Below are positions 58,192 through 64,000 of a stretch of 64,000 nucleotides of DNA, one piece after another (the stretch's first letter is position 1; each line of letters opens with the position of its first letter). The notes under the pieces are model-generated. The model ran no database searches. It was not told the DNA's origin and saw nothing but the letters and a program-made list of their open reading frames with translations. The position numbers were made by a program, and so were the translations under genes. Location of the stretch: assembly GCA_965223415.1 (NCBI GenBank), contig OZ245002.1, positions 3,264,001-3,328,000 on the forward strand, in the 5' to 3' direction. The DNA is from Myxococcota bacterium. GTDB lineage: Bacteria > Myxococcota_A > UBA9160 > UBA6930.

Positions 58192-59784
58192 ATGGGGGGC
58201 GGTCGGTACGACACGATCGTGGTCGGGGCCGGCCACAACGGCCTGACCGCCGCCGCCTATCTGGCCCGGGCCGGGCGGCGCACCCTCGTGCTCGAGCGGC
58301 GGGCCGTCGTCGGCGGCGCCTGCGTGACCGAGGAGCTCTGGCCGGGCTTCCACGTGTCCCGCGCCGCCTACGTGGCGGGCCTGATCCGCCCGGCCGTCGT
58401 GCACGAGCTCGACCTGGCCCGACACGGCCTCGTGTTCCTGCCCCGCGATCCCTCGTCCTTCACGCCGCTGCCCGACGGCGGCAGCCTTCTGATGGGTCGC
58501 GACGCCGCGGCCACCGCCGCCTCCGTCGCGCGCTTCTCACCCCGCGACGCCGATGCGCTGCCCCGCTACGAGGCCTTTCTCGACCGCATCGCCCGGGTGA
58601 TCGAGCCCCTGCTCGACGCACCGGCCCCGGACCCGGCGCGGCCGCGCCTCACGGACCTGCCGCCTCTGGGCCGGGCCCTGCGCGCCGCCTGGCGGCTCCG
58701 GCGCGAGCTCCCGGAGGCCCTGTCCCTCCTGCTCGGCCCGGCCCGCCCCACCCTCGAAACCTGGTTCGAGAGCGAGCCCCTGCGCGGCACCCTCGCCACC
58801 GACGCCCTGATCGGCGCCTTCGCCTCCCCGTCCACGCCGGGCAGCGGCTACGTGCTGTTCCACCACGTGATGGGGGAGACCGGCGGCGCCCGCGGCGTGT
58901 GGGCCTACGTGCGCGGCGGCATGGGCGCCTTCTCGGCGGCGCTGGCCGCCGCGGCGCGAGAGGCCGGCGCCGAGATCCGCACCGACGCACCGGTGGCGCG
59001 CATCGAGATCGCGGACGGACGCGTCCGCGGCGTGACGCTCGCGGATGGCACGGTCTTCGAAGCGGCCCAGGTGGTGTCCGGCGCCGATCCCCGTTGCACC
59101 TTCCTCGACCTGGTCGGCCGCGAGGCACTATCCGACCCGTTCGTGCGGAGCGTCGAAGCCATCGACTTCCGCAGCCCGGTCGTGAAGATCAATGCGGCCC
59201 TCGACCGCCTGCCCGTCTTCCGCGGCCACTCCCCCGGCCCGGAGCCCGGCCCCGAGCACCGCGGCACCATCCACGTCGGCGCCCTCGACCTGGACGCGCT
59301 CGAGGCCTCCTACGGCGCGGCGGCCGGGGGCGAGCTGCCCGGGTGTCCGATGATCGAGCTCACGCTGCCCTCGGCGGTGGACCCCAGCATCGCTCCCGCC
59401 GGCCGGCACGTGGCCTCCCTCTTCGTGCAGCACGTTCCGCCGGAGCTGCCGGCCGCGGAGTGGGACGCCCTGCGCCCGCGCATCGCCGAGCGCGTCTTCG
59501 CCCTCGTCGACGAGGTCGCACCGGGCTTCTCGGAGAGCGTGCTTCACCACGAGGTGCTGGCGCCGCCGGACCTGGAGCGCATCTTCGGGCTCGCGGGAGG
59601 CAACATCTTCCACGGCGCCATGAGCCTCGACCGCCTGGCCTTCCTGCGCCCGGTGCCCGGGCACGGCCGCTACGCCACCCCGATCGCCGGCCTCACCCTC
59701 TGCGGTGCCGGTGCCCATCCGGGCGGCGGCGTGATGGGCGCCTGCGGCCGCAACGCAGCGGCGATCGTCCTGCGCGGGCCCTAG
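58192..59784 (+). CDS. FAD-dependent oxidoreductase, phytoene-dehydrogenase-like (PYROXD2-type)
   Basis: GAGHNGL, GGACVTEE, YVLFHHVMG, GGNIFHG, GAGAHPGGGVMG. Confidence 0.85.
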   Translation: MGGGRYDTIVVGAGHNGLTAAAYLARAGRRTLVLERRAVVGGACVTEELWPGFHVSRAAYVAGLIRPAVVHELDLARHGLVFLPRDPSSFTPLPDGGSLLMGRDAAATAASVARFSPRDADALPRYEAFLDRIARVIEPLLDAPAPDPARPRLTDLPPLGRALRAAWRLRRELPEALSLLLGPARPTLETWFESEPLRGTLATDALIGAFASPSTPGSGYVLFHHVMGETGGARGVWAYVRGGMGAFSAALAAAAREAGAEIRTDAPVARIEIADGRVRGVTLADGTVFEAAQVVSGADPRCTFLDLVGREALSDPFVRSVEAIDFRSPVVKINAALDRLPVFRGHSPGPEPGPEHRGTIHVGALDLDALEASYGAAAGGELPGCPMIELTLPSAVDPSIAPAGRHVASLFVQHVPPELPAAEWDALRPRIAERVFALVDEVAPGFSESVLHHEVLAPPDLERIFGLAGGNIFHGAMSLDRLAFLRPVPGHGRYATPIAGLTLCGAGAHPGGGVMGACGRNAAAIVLRGP

Positions 59785-60506
59785 GGCACCATCCGCAGGT
59801 ACATCCGCGCGTCGCTGCGTGACGGCTCGCGCTCCAGCACTTCGGCCCAGGCGCGGCGGGCGTCGTCGATGCGGCCGAGCGTGTAGGACGTCAACCCGAG
59901 CTGGACCTGGGCCTCCAGGTAGTCCGGGTGCACGCGGAGGATGCGCCGGAACTCGGCCAGGCTCTGGCTGGGCAGGCCGGCCTCGCGGAGCGCGATGCCC
60001 AGGCGGTAGCGGATGTCGTGGAAGCCCGGCGCCCGGTCGAGTGCCTTGCGGTAGGCGTCGACCGCTTCGCGCCAGTCGCCCACCTCGGCGTAGGCGTCGC
60101 CGATCGCCGCGTGGAGGTTCGCCAGCTTCGCGCGGGTGGTGGCGTCGACCCGCTCCGGTCCCTCGTTGCGGAGCGGCTGATCGGCGCTCCGCTCGATCAG
60201 CGAGCGGGATTCGTCGAACATGCCGCGCTGCTCGTAGACCCCGGCCAGGGCCAGCACCGCCTCCGAGTAGCCCGGGTTGATCGCAAGGGCGCGCTCGAGG
60301 GCGTCCGTGGCCGGCTCCAGGGCACCTTGCCGCTCGTGCAGCAGGCCCACCATGTAGTGCACGTCGGCGAAGCGCGGGTGGTTCTCGAGGAGGGGCTGGA
60401 AGGCGCGCAGGGCGCCCACATCGTCACCGCTCTCGAAGCGCTGACGGCCCAGCAGGAAGGTCTCCCGCTCTCGGGCCGTCATGCGGCTCGCATGCCGCAT
60501 GGCCAT
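59781..60506 (-). CDS. Tetratricopeptide repeat protein
   Basis: Several TPR units (ADVHYMVG, ALAINPGY, AVDAYRKAL, IRYRLG). Confidence 0.85.
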   Translation of the reverse strand: MAMRHASRMTARERETFLLGRQRFESGDDVGALRAFQPLLENHPRFADVHYMVGLLHERQGALEPATDALERALAINPGYSEAVLALAGVYEQRGMFDESRSLIERSADQPLRNEGPERVDATTRAKLANLHAAIGDAYAEVGDWREAVDAYRKALDRAPGFHDIRYRLGIALREAGLPSQSLAEFRRILRVHPDYLEAQVQLGLTSYTLGRIDDARRAWAEVLEREPSRSDARMYLRMVP

Positions 60507-60507
60507 G

Positions 60508-61323
60508 CTAGTTCGGGGTGGCCGGCAGTCGGTCCTGGGCGGCCTTGGCCACGTCGCTACCTTCGTAGTTCTCGAGCAGGACTTCGAAGATGTGCGTGGC
60601 CTGGTCGTCGCGGTTCAGGTTCTGGTAGCAGACACCGAGCTTGTAGAGGGCGTCCGCGTCGAGGCCGAGGCCCGGGTACTCGTTCAGCACCGAGCGGAAC
60701 CGGTTCGCCGCACTCTGGAACTCTCCGCGCTCGAAGTAGAAATCACCGATGCCCATCACGTGGGTGCCGAGCTTGGTGCGCAGCTCCTTCCAGAGCGTCT
60801 CTGCCTCGGTGGCCTCCGGGGCGTAGGGGAAGCGGGTGATCACCGCGTCGAGCTGGGCCAGGGCGTCGCGGGTGGCGGTCTGGTCGCGGCCGGGCTCGCG
60901 GCTCTGGTTCTGGTGGCACTTGGCGGCGCGGAGCAGCGCGTAGGGCACCGAGCGGTGGTCCGGGTGGAGCTCGGCGAAGTCCCGGTAGTAGGTGAGCGCC
61001 TCTTCGTAGGATTCCTGCTGGTAGAAGGCGTCGGCGATCTTCAGCTCCGCGTCCGCCACGAGATCGCTGTAGGGGTAGTTGTCGATGATGTCCTGGAACT
61101 TCTGGATCGCGCCGGCATAGTCGGTCACGTCCATGGTCATGAAGCTCTTGCGGTCGGCGAGCAGCGCCTTGCCTTCCTCGAAGAGCTGCTCCGCGGTCGG
61201 CATCTCCTCGAGCTCGGCGTCGGGCGTCGACGCGCAGCCGGCGAGGCCGGCCAACGAGAGGGTCATGACGAGAACGATCGCCGCCCGGTGGGCCAGGCGA
61301 GTGGTTCGAAGCGCGGAAGACAT
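60508..61323 (-). CDS. bamD: Outer-membrane protein assembly factor BamD
   Basis: Lipobox LAGC, YPYS, F..LHP, RDQTAT, FY......SA.NRF motifs. Confidence 0.9.
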   Translation of the reverse strand: MSSALRTTRLAHRAAIVLVMTLSLAGLAGCASTPDAELEEMPTAEQLFEEGKALLADRKSFMTMDVTDYAGAIQKFQDIIDNYPYSDLVADAELKIADAFYQQESYEEALTYYRDFAELHPDHRSVPYALLRAAKCHQNQSREPGRDQTATRDALAQLDAVITRFPYAPEATEAETLWKELRTKLGTHVMGIGDFYFERGEFQSAANRFRSVLNEYPGLGLDADALYKLGVCYQNLNRDDQATHIFEVLLENYEGSDVAKAAQDRLPATPN

Positions 61324-61479
61324 GCGGCACACCCCCGAAGGTCGTCCGGAAGATCCCCGATTTGGAAGGGTTTTCCGAGACGCCCCGGCAAGCTACCCGA
61401 AGCGTGAAGGCGGTGTCAATTTGCTAGGGTCCGCGGCCTCGCACGGCCCACCTCGCCGTGCCCACACCCCGGGGGAGTC

Positions 61480-61725
61480 ATGGTCCACGATTCAATGAAG
61501 AACCTGCAGTTCGATCGCCGTCTCCGCAGCCGCCGCGGCTGGGTCGCACCCGATGCCTTCGAGACCCATCTCGAGCAGCTCCCCGACGTCACCGACAAGG
61601 GCGAGATGCTGGGCGAGGAGGAGCCCCAGGCGGCCGCCCTGGCGTCGGCGCAGCCCGACATGGTGGCCGAGCCCCCCGCTGCGGCGCCCGCGCCGGGCTC
61701 GGGGTTCCCGCCCTCCGAGGGCTAG
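61480..61725 (+). CDS. Small hypothetical protein
   Basis: GGGGGAG RBS; D.RL..R.G......ETHLEQLPDV.DK pattern; fits the gap before the next gene. Confidence 0.6.
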   Translation: MVHDSMKNLQFDRRLRSRRGWVAPDAFETHLEQLPDVTDKGEMLGEEEPQAAALASAQPDMVAEPPAAAPAPGSGFPPSEG

Positions 61726-61740
61726 GAGGCGGCGGGCCTC

Positions 61741-62328
61741 GTGATCAAGTCGCAGTTCGGCGAGGGCCTCGACGACCGCATCCAGCGGATCTTCCCCTTC
61801 CTGTTCAAGCGGCCGATCGATCCCAACCTGCTCTCGGTGCTGGGCGTCCTGGTCTCCTTCGCGGGCGCCTGGGCCTGGGCCGAGGGCCAGCTGCGGCTCG
61901 GGGCGGTCGCGGTGCTGCTCGGCGGCGCCTTCGACCTGGTCGACGGCGTGGTCGCCCGGCACAACGGCACCGCCAGCCCGTTCGGCGCCTTCCTGGACTC
62001 GACCCTCGATCGGGTCGTGGACGGGGCGCTGCTGCTCGCCCTGGTGATGCACTTCGCCCGCGCCGATGCCTTCGCGATGGCATGGGTCGCCGGCGTGGCG
62101 CTCGTCGCGACCCAGCTCGTCTCCTACACGAAGGCGCGGGCCGAATCGGTGGTGCCGGACTTCAAGGGCGGCATCCTCGAGCGCGCCGAGCGGGTGGTCA
62201 TCCTGGTGCTCGGTGCCGTGCTCGGGCTGATGGCCCTGGCCGTGGGCATCGTGGCCGTCGGCTCGACCTGGACCGCCGGCCAGCGCATCGCCATCGCCCG
62301 TCGCCGCATGGCCGGGCTTCACGCCTGA
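61741..62328 (+). CDS. CDP-alcohol phosphatidyltransferase
   Basis: PN.LS, DLVDGVVAR...S.FGAFLDSTLDRVVD, SYTKARAE. Confidence 0.92.
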   Translation: MIKSQFGEGLDDRIQRIFPFLFKRPIDPNLLSVLGVLVSFAGAWAWAEGQLRLGAVAVLLGGAFDLVDGVVARHNGTASPFGAFLDSTLDRVVDGALLLALVMHFARADAFAMAWVAGVALVATQLVSYTKARAESVVPDFKGGILERAERVVILVLGAVLGLMALAVGIVAVGSTWTAGQRIAIARRRMAGLHA

Positions 62329-62339
62329 GGAGGACACCC

Positions 62340-62699
62340 GTGCCCGACGAGGACCCGAACGAGAAGGGCTTCACGATCATCGATCGGCGAGGCGAGAAGA
62401 GCGACGAGCCCGAAGCGCCCGCCGAGGAGGCGGCCGCCGGTCCCGCCGACCTGCCCGGGGTCGACTTCGCGAGCTTCTGCCTCTCGCTGGCGACCTCCGC
62501 CCTCTACCACCTGGGCATGGTCGCCGACCCGGAGAGCGGCGAGCAGGGCGAGAAGAACCTGCCGGTGGCGCGGCACACCATCGACACCCTGGCGCTCCTG
62601 CAGGACAAGACCCAGGGCAACCTCACCCCCGAGGAGCAGGAGCTGCTCACGAACCTGCTGACCGAGCTCCGCATGCGGTTCGTGGAAGCCTCCAAGTAG
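62340..62699 (+). CDS. DUF1844 domain protein
   Basis: F..F..SL..SA..HLG...P......NL..AR..ID.L..LQ.KTQGNL..EE..LL...L.ELRMRFV; GAGGAGG RBS. Confidence 0.85.
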   Translation: MPDEDPNEKGFTIIDRRGEKSDEPEAPAEEAAAGPADLPGVDFASFCLSLATSALYHLGMVADPESGEQGEKNLPVARHTIDTLALLQDKTQGNLTPEEQELLTNLLTELRMRFVEASK

Positions 62700-62706
62700 C
62701 GCCGGG

Positions 62707-63600
62707 GTGGAGCTTCGCGCGCCGGCCAAGATCAATCTGGGCCTGCGCGTCATCGGGCGCCGCGACGACGGCTACCACCTCCTCGATAGCCTCTTCCTCC
62801 CGCTCGAGTGGGCCGACGAGCTGGAGCTCGCCCCCGCCCCGCCCGGCGAGATCCGCTTCGAGCTCTCGGGAGCGCCGGCCCCGGACGTCCCCAGCGGCGA
62901 CGACAACCTGGCGGTGCGCGCGGCCCGGGCCTTTCGCGAGGCCGCCGGCCCGGGCCCCGGCGTGGCGATCCGTCTCCGCAAGCGGCTGCCCTCCGGGGCG
63001 GGCCTGGGAGGCGGCTCCAGCGATGCCGGAGCTGTGCTGCGGGGCCTCGCCGCCGAGGAGCCGGGGGCCCTGGCGCCCGCCGCTCTGGCCGAGCTGGCCC
63101 TCGGGCTCGGCGCCGACGTGCCCTTCTTCCTCGACCCGCGCCCGGCCCGGGTGACCGGGATCGGCGAGCACATCCAGCCCGTGGACGGCGTCGTCGCCTT
63201 CCCGGTGCTGCTGGCCCGGCTCGGTCCGCCCCTCACCACCGCCGAGGTCTTCCGGGCCTATGACCAGGCCCCGGCTTCGTTGACGCCCGGGGGGGCACAA
63301 CCTACGATCCGCCCGCTCTGGGCCCTGAGGGAAGAAGGGGGTCTGGTCCGGGCGGGCCCGCGGCTTCGCGGCCTCCTCCGGAACGACCTCGAGCCGGTGG
63401 CCGGCTCGCTTCGCCCCGCCGTGGCCCGGTTGCGAAGGGAGATCGAAGACAGCGGGGCCCTGGCCGCCGCCATGTCCGGGAGCGGGCCCGTCGTCTACGG
63501 GCTCTACGCGGACGAGGGCAGCGCCGAGCGAGCGGCCGTCCGGGTCCGGGAGCGAAGTGGTGCCGACGTCACGGTGACGCGCACGCTGGCCTCCCCCTGA
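62707..63600 (+). CDS. ispE: 4-diphosphocytidyl-2-C-methyl-D-erythritol kinase
   Basis: APAKINLGL, RRDDGYH, PSGAGLGGGSSDA, GADVPFF, MSGSG. Confidence 0.96.
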   Translation: MELRAPAKINLGLRVIGRRDDGYHLLDSLFLPLEWADELELAPAPPGEIRFELSGAPAPDVPSGDDNLAVRAARAFREAAGPGPGVAIRLRKRLPSGAGLGGGSSDAGAVLRGLAAEEPGALAPAALAELALGLGADVPFFLDPRPARVTGIGEHIQPVDGVVAFPVLLARLGPPLTTAEVFRAYDQAPASLTPGGAQPTIRPLWALREEGGLVRAGPRLRGLLRNDLEPVAGSLRPAVARLRREIEDSGALAAAMSGSGPVVYGLYADEGSAERAAVRVRERSGADVTVTRTLASP

Positions 63601-63609
63601 CGAGTTCAC

Positions 63610-63684
<75 letters not shown>

Positions 63685-63718
63685 GCTTCGGGATCCTCCA
63701 TCCAAGAGGGAGAGCATC

Positions 63719-64000
63719 GTGGCCGACAACGCACTCGCCGCGGAAGTCCGCACCGCCACCGGGAAGGGCGTCGCCCGCAAGCTGCGCGCGGCCGGTCGCG
63801 TCCCCGCCGTGATGTACGGCCGCGGGACCGATTCCGCCGTGCTGGCCATCGACCCCAAGGCCCTGGACGAGGTGCTCCACAAGAGTGGTGCCGGCCGCAA
63901 CACGCTGATCAGCCTGGGCGTCGACGGCGCGACCCACACGGTGCTGCTGAAGGACCTGCAACGGGACCCGATCCACGGGCAGACGCTGCACGCGGACTTC
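63719..64000 (+). CDS. rplY: 50S ribosomal protein L25/Ctc, 3'-truncated
   Basis: GTG start, MADNALAAEVRTATGKGVARKLRAAGRVPAVMYG...LQRDPIHG..LHADF; absent from the ORF track because it has no stop in the window. Confidence 0.93.
   Translation, partial: MADNALAAEVRTATGKGVARKLRAAGRVPAVMYGRGTDSAVLAIDPKALDEVLHKSGAGRNTLISLGVDGATHTVLLKDLQRDPIHGQTLHADF

Noticed and set aside
58192..59784. Carotenoid desaturase crtI
   Set aside because: No crt neighbours; motifs fit the widespread PYROXD2-like family

Overview
High-GC, gene-dense chromosomal window from a diderm bacterium (lolA, bamD, pilT, mltG, DUF1844; a Myxococcota or other deltaproteobacterial-type lineage by inference). The left part (1-26 kb) is accessory. 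It holds lipid and redox catabolic genes (thioesterase, acyltransferase, molybdopterin oxidoreductase, PQQ quinohemoprotein dehydrogenase, amidohydrolase, haloalkane dehalogenase, a four-subunit 2-oxoacid:ferredoxin oxidoreductase, acyl-CoA ligase), PadR/TetR/ECF regulators and four insertion sequences, two of them nested with a 65-bp duplication. The right part is core genome (plsC, ftsK, lolA, mreB, mltG, ruvX, pgpA, cinA, thpR, recA, pilT, alaS, ispG, bamD, ispE, tRNA-Gln, rplY). The main finding is a complete Pup-proteasome system (arc/mpa-dop-pup-prcB-prcA, then pafA) between lolA and mreB. It has an N-terminally extended Pup ending in GGE, an antisense gene splitting the operon, no pafBC in the window, and a 700-bp upstream region with candidate promoters. 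Non-coding highlights are two perfect 30-35 bp palindromes sharing a GGGGACGTTCCTT motif, two ~175-bp MITE-like repeats flanking pilT, and a duplicated RBS/ATGA mini-ORF between cinA and thpR. All calls come from motif recognition by eye; no searches were run.
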